This document shows positions 12,850 to 24,306 of a DNA stretch of 64,000 nt, piece by piece. The stretch comes from the human T2T-CHM13v2.0 reference genome, Homo sapiens. The stretch's first letter is position 1. The number at the start of each line of letters is the position of its first letter. The position numbers and the translations under genes are program-made. Below the pieces are notes generated by a model. That model did no database searches, had not been told where the DNA came from, and saw only the letters and a program-made list of their open reading frames with translations. The DNA lies in the NCBI RefSeq assembly GCF_009914755.1, contig NC_060928.1. One strand, 5' to 3'.

Positions 12850-13200
12850 GGAGATCAGCAACAGACTGTGTAAGTAAAGCATGAAGAGAATTTAACCAAC
12901 GTGTTTGAATAATCATCACCAAAAATCTTTTGGAAATCAGATGTCCAAGAAAAACAGTGAAGACTAAACATGGGTAAACTCTCAATTTCCTCAAGAAGGA
13001 AAGTGGGGATTTTAAACAGTGAATTTGAGGCCAGCTCTACTAGACTTCTAGAATGACTTAATAAAGGGAGGGAGATTATCAAGACAAGTTTTTTTATAAG
13101 AATTTTGCCAAAGTAGCTACATTTTTTTAAGTATAGCTGGACTAACAGAACAATGGTATACCTGTTGTTGATGAAAATTAGCTATTATGATTTCTTTTGC
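12850..13200 (+). mobile_element. CR1/L3 fragment (pre-RT region)
   Basis: gaagactaaacatgggtaaactctcaatttcctcaagaaggaaag resembles the CR1 'EDWxxANVPIFKKG' coding motif. Confidence 0.45.
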
Positions 13201-13448
13201 CAAAAACAAAAGGCAATCTTAAGTTTAAAAGAATGTTATGATTTTAACACTCAAAACTCCTAGGTAGTGTTTTCATTTTCATTAAAATTCTTATTTTTGC
13301 ACCCTCCCTATTCTCTACTGGGGAATAACTTTATTTCCCAGGCCTTAATATTTGTTCTTTCAAACACAAATATTATTTAAGGATTCAATCACTAATGAAG
13401 CACAAAAGAGATAATGTAGCTGAATTTTAGAAAGGTCTTCTTAGAATC

Positions 13449-13791
13449 TGTATTAGTCCCTTTTCATGCTGCTGATAAAGACATACCTGAGACTGGGCAA
13501 TTTACAAAAGAAAGAGGTTTATTGGCTTACAGTTCCACATAGCTGGGGAGGCCTCACAATCATGGCAGAAGGTGAAAGGCACATCTCACATGGCGGCAGA
13601 CAAGAGAAGAGAGCTTGTGCAGGGAAACTCCCCTTTTTATAACCATCAGGTCTCGTGAGACTTATTCACTATCGCGAGAAAAGCACAGGAAAGGCCTGCT
13701 CCCATAATTCAGTTACCTCCCACTGGGTTCCTCCCACAACACATGGGAATTCAAGATGAGATTTGGGTGGGGACACAGCCAAACCATATCA
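13449..13791 (-). mobile_element. THE1 solo LTR
   Basis: TGTATTAGTCC...GGGACACAGCCAAACCATATCA. Confidence 0.92.
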
Positions 13792-15440
13792 TAGTCCTTT
13801 TATAGGATTTTTGAATTTAAATTTTCACCTCCCTAATGGTTATCTGACTTGTCTACAAGCTACGTGGGGTTAAGATTTCATATGATATATTGCTGAGTGA
13901 ATAAGATGATGATTCAATGTAATGTATTCAAGAATACATATGCATATTAAATGAAGAGACAGTAAAGGATTAACATCAGTTTATTTCTAGATGGTATAAG
14001 TACAGATATTTTTTAGTTTCTTTGTTTTGGTTATAAGTGTTTTCTATTTTTCCTGTAATAAAGATATATATAAGTGGAGAAAATTTTGCAAGTTTTCAAA
14101 AGTAGCAGTGCCAAGAATGTCAAAATTTAAAATTTTTATAATTGGATATGGACATGCTTGGAATGTATTTGTTTATAACTTTTAGCCAATTAGGTTTAGG
14201 GGACAGAAATCCTAGCTTCCATCCTCAGGGAAAAGTCATAAACACATTTTAGGATATCTATTTACTTATTCATCAAATACACATTGTTCCCAAGATATGC
14301 CACATGCTATATTGTATATTAAGAATAAAATGATAAATTAGATGCAACTTAATCCTGGGTGGCAGAGCCTTTTCAACTTCATATAAAAGACTGAGGCCTA
14401 ATTTTCCTGAGTCAGAAGTTCTCAGGCTTGGGGACACATTAGAATCACTTGGGGAGCTCTTGACACCACCAATGCTGAGGCCCCACCTGCAGGTATTCTA
14501 GTTTAATTAAAAAGTGATCCAGGTGGCACTAATATGCAGCCACAGCCTGCAGAATGTTTCCTGAATGGGTATTGAACTTGACAGGTGAGTGCTATGAGGA
14601 GGGGTGCACAGGGGTACAGGGAAGGATGGGACTGGGCTGGAGGCTGTCACCGATCATGGAGATGGATGAGGGAAGTGGGGTGTGTAGGAAGGGATGATGC
14701 CCATTGATGATCTAAAGAATATTGTGTACCTGCTTACAGATTTGTCGTGTTTGAATATAATTTTTAAATGTTTTCACTAAAAAGAACCTGGCCCCTTTAA
14801 TAAAGGAGCAGTATGTGCCAGCCATCCTGAGACTGGTGGGGAAAACTGCTAGAAGCCTATGACATAGCTCAGCAATAAACAAACTCCCATGTGGATATAA
14901 ATAACTTATCACAAACACCAGAACCAGTGGAGAAAAGGCTGCCAAACCTCAGGCTCAAATGGCACTTGGGACAGGTCATGTTAGAAAAGAGCCATAACCA
15001 GAAATACACCAGAACTCCAGAATAGAGAAGGTCACAGGACAAGTCTCAACAGTAAGTAATGACGTGAAAAACTCCCTCAGAGACTGGCAAATGGAATCCA
15101 AGCACCTGGCCATAGACGTAGGGCAAGACTAGGCACTGAGTGTCAAGGAGATCTGTGGTAGGTGGCCAGTCCAGGCTAGGGGCTGGAATTAGGGGCTTGG
15201 ACAACAGACCCTAGCGGGGCTTAAGGGAATAGGACAAGGCCATTAGGTCAGGGCCTGTTCAGAGGCATGTACATGAAGGTGGGAGTGAAGAAAAAAACAG
15301 AGACACAATTCTTAAAACTAAGACATAGAGTGTGGCCACAGAAATAAGTCAACAGTCTATTCAAGAGTGGGCTAAAAGTCAGACTGTGATCAATGAGTAT
15401 GTATACACTCACTTTATACTAAGTGTCTCTTGTGGTTCAG

Positions 15441-15849
15441 GAGTGGTCCCTGGTCCCACACTTGGCTCCACTGACACCAGCAGCAATTAAGTGGGTCCAG
15501 CTGCAGGACCTCAAAAGGGTTGCCTGTCAGGGAACCCAGCTGGTCATGACAAAGCAGAGTGGCGATAGATTCCAAGAAGTAGGGAGCAATCTGAGGTCGC
15601 CCTTCTCAGGGCATGTGGCTAGGAGAACCCTCTCTTCCTCCTACCACACACCAGAAGAAGGCAAGCTCTCTTTCCTGGGTCTTGTGGGCCCATGAGCAGT
15701 TTGGGTCTTTGTGGAAATTGGGTGTCAAGAAAGCTGAGGGGGGTAAATGAGGAATGTTGGGAAGGCAGTGAGCATGAGGAAGGAATGCCAGCAACACAGG
15801 GAAGAAACACTGGGGAGCAATCTCCAATTCCATGGCAGTGCAGCCGCAG
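15441..15849 (+). pseudogene. Putative decayed coding exon of an unidentified gene
   Basis: TACTAAG branch point plus TTCAG acceptor; 84 open codons (EWSLVPHLAP...LVGP); strong donor GCAG|GTGAGA. Confidence 0.4.
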
Positions 15850-16739
15850 GTGAGAGGAAAAGAGCTTTATTCTGAGAGCAGAAAAACAGAATATAGAAGC
15901 AAATTAAGCAGTTATTAATAAGAGTTGGTATTTATTTAGGAAGTTTCATATTGTCCTCTATGTAAAGCACTTAGAAGTGTGGCTCATTCATAGTAAGTGC
16001 TCTGTGAATGCCTGCTGCTGCTGCTACTACAGCTACTCTATTTAACAATATGAAAATTTAAAAGGAGTCAGAATAGCATAGGGGTTCACAGCCATACTGA
16101 CAGCAAAAATCATGACCCTGTCACTTATAATATGGGTAATTTTAGACAAGTTAATTTTTGCCCCTTATTTTCATCAACTATAACATGGACAAAACAATAG
16201 GGTCATAGTGAGGATTAAATGAGGTTATATTCATAAAATGCTGATAAAATGCAGATATTGCAGATAAAAGAAGACATAGTAATAGAGCCAATGTAGAACA
16301 ATAAAACAAATACTCCCTATTATGTCCTGTTATAATAATGGGATCATTTAAAAAATCTCCCTGTAAATCAGTAGTTCCCAAATTCAGCTCCATGTTGGAA
16401 TTGTCAGGGGGAACTATAACAAGTACGATATCTGAATCTCAACCTGTGAGATAGCGATGTAACAAGTTTGAATGTAGCATGGGCATCAGAGATGGTAACA
16501 GCTCCCCAGATGACTCTAATGGGTAATTAAGTTTGAGAGCCCCTAATGTATAATAAATAACGACTCCTTTGCTTTAAGTAATAGTTTTGTTGAATTAAAC
16601 GGATAATTTTTATAACAAAATAATCAATGAGTCTAATCTATCTACTAATGGCAGCTAATCAGACTACAGATGTATAACCAATGCAGAGAATCAGCTTTGT
16701 GGCCTGAATTTGGGAGGTGATAGTGTTAAATTCATAATG

Positions 16740-16923
16740 CTTGCTCTATGGATTCTTATACTATGAGAAGGATCATAAAAATGGTGCAAACCAATAAATA
16801 ATTGCTGAATAGATGGAGCAAGAGATTGATGGAGCAGATGCTTTGTCAAGAGAGCCACAGGGGGGGAAAAGGCTGCTCTCCTTAGAATGGTGCATGTGCT
16901 TATGCACTTCTTAAACATATTAG
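16740..16923 (+). pseudogene. Putative decayed coding exon (5' end uncertain)
   Basis: MRRIIKMVQTNK*LLNRWSKRLMEQMLCQESHRG / +1 G in the G7 run / EKAALLRMVHVLMHFLNIL; donor AG|GT at 16924, phase 1, matching the next exon. Confidence 0.5.
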
Positions 16924-17087
16924 GTCTGTATTACTCCCCTGAGTTGGTTTAGGATGAGGGTAACACATAATTACTTATATTTCCATGATAGTGTAGCCTG
17001 CACACCACTAGTTTAAACAGACATTCTCCCTCAGGGCCACTTCTGAGGTACTGCTACAAACGCAGTTACTAATGCTCCATTTTCCAG

Positions 17088-17518
17088 AAAACGCCAGTGC
17101 CATAGAATGGAAAATCCGTTTCCAATTCAGTCTGAATAGCAAATAGTTCTTCCGCCAAAGGGAGTGTTTTGCCTATTAGCACGGAACAATCTGATGATTG
17201 CAGAAAGACCACAGCCACGAAATAGCAGGCAGACCCAAGGTGTTCAGATTTGAGGGTCAGGTGTGCAGAGTTCCTGACATTAGTGAGCAAGGCAGGCAGC
17301 CAGAATTTCGTGCAGTGTTTTGGAAGGAAGCAATCTTTTCTGAAGAAATTTATCGCATGATGCTTGAAGACCAAATTTGAAACAACAGGGAAAGGCAGAG
17401 ACATTTTTTATAATCTATATTAGAAACTCTGAGTTGAGAAGTAACCAATGCATTGGACAGGGAAGAGATTTTAGCCACACTGGCTAAAGGCTATCACCAG
17501 TTCTTTAATGTCAAGGAG
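17088..17518 (+). pseudogene. Putative decayed coding exon
   Basis: TACTAAT branch point, TTTTCCAG acceptor, GAG|GTAGAT donor. 431 nt, phase 1 to 0 in one frame, with an in-register antisense ORF (17069-17404) and 7 stops. Confidence 0.55.
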
Positions 17519-17556
17519 GTAGATATGATTTACACCCACTGAATTATCTTCTGTAT

Positions 17557-17760
17557 GGGCCTGTATTTCTACATCACTCAGAAGAAGCCCAAATTCACTT
17601 GGATCTTGGGGTTAGGACCTAAGGGTTCATGGAACCATCCGGTGACATCTTGCTACCAAAGTGCTCTGGTTTACTGGTGACAAGCTTTGTCTCTCATGGG
17701 CCAGTGACCATCTCAGCAGGTTTAGTGTTAAGACACTGTTGATAGCACATCTGAGAAAAT
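17557..17760 (+). repeat. 204-bp dispersed direct repeat, copy 1
   Basis: Ungapped match to 20239-20442; about 16 mismatches by hand count. Confidence 0.95.
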
Positions 17761-17960
17761 CATGTGCATGATTAAATGTATGTAATTACCATCAAAGATT
17801 ATATTTAGAGTGAGATGCAGTAAATCCATGTCAGAGGTGTCTTGGTACAACTGACTCAGATGCCCAGGGTTTGCATCCTGGCTCTGTCATCCTCTCACTG
17901 GGGAAACTTGGATGCAGTTTCTTCATCTGTAAAGTGAGACCATAAAAATACTTTCTCTCA

Positions 17961-18504
17961 TGAATAGTGCCGCAATATTCACAATAGCAAAGACTTGGAA
18001 CCAACCCAAATGTCCATCAATGATAGACTGGATTAAGAAAATGTGGCACATATACACCATGGAATACTGTGCAGCCATAAAAAAGGATGAGTTCACGTCC
18101 TTTGCAGGGACATGGATAAGGCTGGAAACCATCATTCTAAGCAAACTGTCGCAAGGACAGAAAACCAAACACCACATGTTCTCACTCATAGGAGGGAATT
18201 GAACAATGAGAACACTTAAACACAGGGTGGGGAACATCACACACTGGGACCTGTCATGGGGTGGGGGGCTGGGGGAGGAATAGCATTAGGAGAAATACCT
18301 AACGTAAGTGACGAGTTAATGGGTGCAGCAAACCAACATGGCACATGTATACATATGTAACAAACCTGCACATTGTGCACATGTACCCTAGAACTTAAAG
18401 TATAATAATAAAAAAAGCCACAAGGATAGCTTTAGAACTATGAATATGTATGCGCACCAAAAAATGCTACCACGTACTAATAAAGCATTAAATTAAAAAA
18501 AAAA
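17961..18504 (+). mobile_element. 5'-truncated L1PA (about L1PA4-6) with 3' extension, inserted into a MIR
   Basis: L1PA 3' end ...AACTTAAAGTATAATAATAAAAAAA; TSD core CTTTCTCTCA at 17951 and 18506; MIR sequence on both sides. Confidence 0.93.
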
Positions 18505-18682
18505 GCTTTCTCTCAAAAAGGTGTTATGAAGATTAAGTAAACTCATACTTGTAAATAATCTAGAAGAATCCCTTCTATATTTAAATTCCTTAAATTTACT
18601 TAAGAAGCTATAGAAATGCTTCTTAAGTAAATTTTCACAAAGTCTCAAATTAAAAACTCCCTTCTGACTTTATTATGTATAG

Positions 18683-19994
18683 ACATCTGAACAGGGACAC
18701 CCATTTGATAATTAAAGTCCCAAATCTGGCATTCAGAAGTAGAGGAAATAAGCCTTGCTTCTTGCACGAAAACATATTGCCAGAATTATTTCTGAGTGAG
18801 AGTTGTGTGTAGGGAAAAGAAAGAGAGATAAGATGTTACTGTGTCTATGTAGAAAGGAAAGACATAAGAGACTCCATTTTGAAAAAGACCTGTACTTTAA
18901 ACAATTGCTTTGCTGAGATGTTGTCAGTTTGTAACTTTGCCCCAACCTGGAGCTCACAAAAACATGTGTTTTATAAAATCAAGGTTTAAGGGATCTAGGG
19001 CTGTGCAGGACGTGCCTTGTTAACAAAATGTTTACAAGCAGTATACTTGGTAAAAGTCATCGCCATTCTCTAGTCTCAATAAACCAGGGGCACAATGCAC
19101 TGCGGAAACCTGCAGGGACCTCTGCCCTTGAAAGCGGGGTATTGTCCAAGGTTTATCCCCATGTGATAGTCTGAAATATGGCCTCGTGGGATGAGAAAGA
19201 CCTGATCGTCCCCCAGCCTTACACCCATAAAGGGTCTGTGCTGAGGTGTATTAGTAGAAGAGGAAAGCCTCTTGCAGTTGAGATAGAGGAAGGCCACTGT
19301 CTCCGCCTGCCCCTGGGAACTGAATGTCTCGGTATAAAACCCGATTGTACATTTGTTCAATTCTGAAATAGGAGAAAAACCACCCTATGGTGGGAGGTGA
19401 GACATGTTTACAGCAATGCTGCTTTGTTATTCTTTACTCCACTAAGATGTTTGGGTGGAGAGAAACATAAATCTGGCTTACGTGCACGTCCAGCCATAGT
19501 ACCTTCCCTTGAACTTAATTATGACATAGATTCTTTTGCTCACGTGTTTTTTTGCTGACCTTCTCCTTATTATCACCCTGCTTTCCTACTACATTCCTTT
19601 TTGCTGAAATAATGAAAATAATAATCAATAAAAACTGAGGGAACTCAGAGGCCGGTGCCAGTGCAGGTCCTCCATATGCTGAGTGCCGGTCCTCTGGGCC
19701 CACTGTTCTTTCTCTATACTTTGTCTCTGTGTCTTATTTCTTTTCTCAGTCTCTCGTCCCACCTGACTAGATATACCCACAGGTGTGGAGGGACAGGCCA
19801 CCCCTTCAATGTGTTATAACAGCCACTCAACTCAGGGGACATCCAGGATGACAGTGATGCAATTTAAGAACCTGTGGATGTCATTTGCTATTACTCTCCC
19901 GTATCAGGAAATAGACTATAAATACATTCCCTTAGATTCCCTGCATACCAAATAGCACATGGGATTCATCCATTCATCCTGAAACTATATCCAG
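18683..19994 (+). pseudogene. Putative decayed exon split by the LTR5B insertion (3' end uncertain)
   Basis: CTGAC branch point plus TAG acceptor, phase 0 matching the previous donor; ...ALLLARKHIARIISE... before the LTR and protein-like frames after it. Confidence 0.4.
18808..19808 (+). mobile_element. HERV-K (HML-2) solo LTR, LTR5B-like
   Basis: TGTAGGGAAAAGAAAGAGAG...CAGGCCACCCCTTCA, 1001 bp; TATAAA at 19333, AATAAA at 19627; TSD TTGTG/ATGTG. Confidence 0.93.
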
Positions 19995-20063
19995 TGTTTG
20001 CATTTGTTTGGCTTCATGATTGGTTTGTTAGTTTGCTTTTTTGAATTTGTGTTTAATGTTTAG

Positions 20064-20401
20064 ATCTTTTACCGTCTGGGAAAAGACCCACAGATTAGCC
20101 ATGAGATTGTAGAAGCCTATTCTTCTCAGAGTTTTCTGTGGTTGGCAAGCTCAGGGCAGAGATGGCTCTTTCGATGATGGATGTTGGCCAGTGTCCACCA
20201 AGAGAAAGAAACACTGGCTAAAGTCCCACAGTCTTAGCGGGCCTGTATTTCTATATCACTCAGAAGAAGCTCAAATTTCCCTGAATCTGGGGGTTAGGAC
20301 CTAAGTGTTCATGGAACCACCTGGTCACATCTTGCAACCAAAGTGCTCTGGTTAACTGGTGACAAGCTTTGTCTCTCATGGGCCAGTGACTATCTCAGCA
20401 G
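20064..20401 (+). pseudogene. Putative decayed exon (3' end uncertain)
   Basis: T-rich tract plus TTTAG acceptor; (D)LLPSGKRPTD*P*DCRSLFFSEFSVVGKLRAEMALS...GLYFYITQKK...; possible donor CAG|GTTTAG. Confidence 0.35.
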
Positions 20402-20442
20402 GTTTAGTGGCAAGACACTGTTGATAGCACATCTGAGAAAAT
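20239..20442 (+). repeat. 204-bp dispersed direct repeat, copy 2
   Basis: Matches 17557-17760. Confidence 0.95.
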
Positions 20443-21393
20443 GACAGATCTTCCAGCAGGAGAATGGCTCTAAGCAGCTCCTCCAGCTATACCTGCCTGG
20501 AGAAGGAGGAAGGGCAGGCATGACAGCACCATGTATTCTGGGTGACATAAGCAACTGACCCCTCCTACTAGTGTTTTATAGGTTTCCTCCTTTTTAATGT
20601 GTACAATACAAGTGTTAACAAGAATCTGAGTCAACACAGATGCCAGAATTTCTGGGGACCTTTCCAGAAGAGCAGGTGACCTGGAGCCCTGCCATTCCAT
20701 AGTGGATCTGCTTTCTCTCCCTTTGCTCTTCTCTTTCCAGCTAGACTTAACAGGGTAGTTTTGTGTTAAAATAATCACTTAGAAAATGGAGGTTATATTA
20801 AGAAAGCAGCTCAAAATTTACCTTGTTTCATTAAAAAAAAACCAGGGAGTAAATTCTCCAGTTTGAGCTGTGAATGAATGCTTTGGTGGCTTTGAAGATG
20901 CCAGTTCCAATCAGTCTACTGTTTATCCAGAATGGGACCCAAAGCTTATGAAATCAGGCCTATTGGAGATTGTACTATTTATAATGCCTAGCCCACCCCA
21001 ATAAGCTTTATTTTCTAGGCACCAAATTTCCCTTTTATGTCATTATCCACTGTCTGAGGTTAATTATTGAGCTCCTACACCACTGGAAGGACAACGGGAA
21101 CACGCAACACATCACTTTTTGTATAATGCTCATTGCCCTGCTTCTAAATCCTAAACAAACCGTCATCACTTTAAGTTAGCAAGTTCCCATTATTCCTTAG
21201 AGAATGCTAATTTGTGTGGACTGAAATAATACAGTGGAAAATATTTGCACAATAGTATGTTTTTATCCTAATTTTATATTTTGCTTAATTTTACAAAGTA
21301 GCTAATATTATCAAATGTAAGTATTTATAATGAAAAATATGGCATTATTAGCTTAATATTTTGCTTAGTTTTACAAAGCAGCTAATATTATAA

Positions 21394-21722
<329 letters not shown>

Positions 21723-23949
21723 ATGTAAAATGTATTTATAATTACACTGAGAAAATGGCATTATTAGCTTCTTGGCTTTATAGACATAAATATATTTTTA
21801 TTAAAATATATATCTATCAGTTTAAGTTATAAAACATGTCTGGATTCTCTGAAGGTATTTTGGAACACAGTCATCAGCATTTATTGACATTTCTAGGTTC
21901 TATGTATATCTACCACAGTACCTTATCCAATACTTTATATAATGTTTAAGTTGCTTTCATATGCACTATTGTTTTCATCTTCATATCTGCCCTGTAAAGA
22001 GGGAGTCAGGCATTTTCTACATTTTCATGCCTACTCATTGAAGGTATCGCTTCTCAGTGAGAGGTGTGACATTTGTGTTAAACTTTAATTCTAAAATATA
22101 TGTTAAATGTTAATTTGAAGATTGAAGTAAAAGAATAAAAGCCTTTTCGTAATCATGCTTTCCTTAAGGATTGTATTCATTTGAATTGAAGTTTCATAGT
22201 AATTATAAAGCACAATGATTCTTTGCAAAAATAAAACATTTCAGTATAGAATGACTATCTGTTATTGCTTACCTACAAATGCCCTAATCAGTTGATTTTT
22301 AACTTATTTCTAAATATAGAGATAGTCTAACAAAAGCCAAGTATTGCAGTTTGCAGAAAAAAAAAGAGCAGGAGAAAAGGAAAAAACATGGCTCACATTG
22401 AAAATGTATTTTAAGGCAAATTGGTAAACTGTTTTGAAGCCATGTATATGGAGCTTGATTAAAATACTTTATTACATTTTCTTTATATGTTTACAATTTT
22501 GAGTCATATTAGAAAGACTGTCTTCATTTTCAAGAAATGAATTTACCCATGTGTTGTTCTGATACTTGTATGATTTCATTTTTAATGTTTAGATTTCTGA
22601 TCAATTTGAGATTTAATCATAGTGTAACTTTTTCTTTTTCTCAAAAGCTACCACTTGTCCCAAACTCACTAATTAAAAAGCTCACCTTTATTAAGTACAC
22701 AATCATCAAACATTGTATCCATCTTCAGCATTCACTGACATTGTATGCTTCTATATATGTCTACCACAGTTTCTTATGCAATACTTTATTGTGTTTAAAT
22801 TGCTTTGTACCTGGGTCTACTTCATAGGTACCTGGGTCTACTTCTTGGCCTTGCCCTTTACTCTGATGTCTGTCTGTCTTTTCATGTGTCTATATCCATG
22901 ATTTTAATTATAGAGGCTTTATGATTTGGTATCTGCTAGGGCGAGCCATCCACTTTTAAGATCACTGACCAGCTTCTATCCCAGCTCACCCATTCCTTTT
23001 TCTCAACACAAGCATTCAGGCTGTGGCTGCATATTAGCACCACTTGAATCACTTTTTAATTAACTCAGAATGTCTGCAGGTGGGCCCTGAGCAGTGGTGT
23101 TAAGCGCTCCCCAGGTGATTCTAATGTGTGTCTAAGCCTGAGAACTTCTGACCTAGGAAAATGTAGGCCTCTAATATTTATATGAAGGCAGAAAGGCTGT
23201 GCCATCTAGGATTAGGTTGTATCTAATTTACCATTTTATTCCTAATAGGTAACATAGCACGTACTATATCTTGGGAACGATGTATATTTTATGAACAAAT
23301 AAATAGATATTCTAAAATGTGTTTATGACTTTTTCCTAAGTCTGGAGGCTAAGATTCCTGCCCACTAAACACTTTTAACTAGAAAATTTAAACAAATACA
23401 TTCTAAGCATGTTCACATCCAATCATAAAAAAATAAAAAAATTAAGGTAGGGAGACAGTGTCTTGTTCCTGGCTTTAGCAGGAATGCTTCTGATTTTCCC
23501 ACATTAAATGAGAATCTGGCATTATCCATTGACTCTTAGTTCACTAATGTGTCAGAAATAAGTATTAAATTTGGTTTAATATCATTTCAGTATCTTAAAA
23601 CTTTTTCCTTTGATGTAATTATATAATTGATTTTATTAATAGATTTCATAATATTGAAAAATTATTGCAGAATGAAAGACAACCTACTTGGTTCATGATT
23701 GTTTAATGTTCTAGTGGATTCTGTTTGCCAGCCTTCTATTTTAGGAGTTTTCACTAATATTTGAGGAAAAGGTTTTATAAGGGTTAAGTGTCAAAGTTAA
23801 ACTTTTCTTATAAAAATAATTTGGACATTTCCTTTTATTTTATTTGAAAAGTTTGATTCACATTTGAGCTATGTGGTCTTTAAAGATTTAGTTTAATTCT
23901 TCCATAAAACCATATGGGCCTGTTGCTTTTTGTAGGGGTGGAGAGTTGC

Positions 23950-24306
23950 TGATATGGTTTGGCTGTGTCCCCACCCCAACTCTCATCTTGAATGGTAATA
24001 ATCTCCACATGTCAAGGGCAGGGCCAGGTGGAGATAATTGAATCATGATGGCAGTTTTCCCCATACTGTTCTAGTGGTAGTGAGTAAGTCTCACAAGATC
24101 TGATAGTTTTATAAATGGAAGTTCACCTGCACATGCTCTCTTGCCTGTTGCCATGTAAGATGTGCCTTTGCTTCTCATTTGCCTTCTGCCATGATTGTGA
24201 GACCTTCCCAGCCATGTGGAACTGTGAGTCCATTAAACCTCTTTCCTTTATAAATTACCCAGTCTTGGGTATGTCTTTATTAGCACTGTGAGAACAGACT
24301 AATACA
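23950..24306 (+). mobile_element. THE1/MST solo LTR within old L1ME-like sequence
   Basis: TGATATGGTTTGGCTGTGTCCCC...CAGACTAATACA; TSD GTTGC/GTAGC. Confidence 0.9.

Noticed and set aside
17069-17404. 111-aa minus-strand ORF as a gene in its own right
   Set aside because: Better explained as the in-register antisense shadow of the + strand fossil exon; the splice signals are on +.
20023-20063. GT...AG as an intron
   Set aside because: At 41 nt it is too short for a mammalian spliceosomal intron.
20130-20195. 'WL...RDGSFDDG' resemblance to alpha-2-macroglobulin/complement thioester proteins
   Set aside because: Needs mixed frames and no other family motifs are present.
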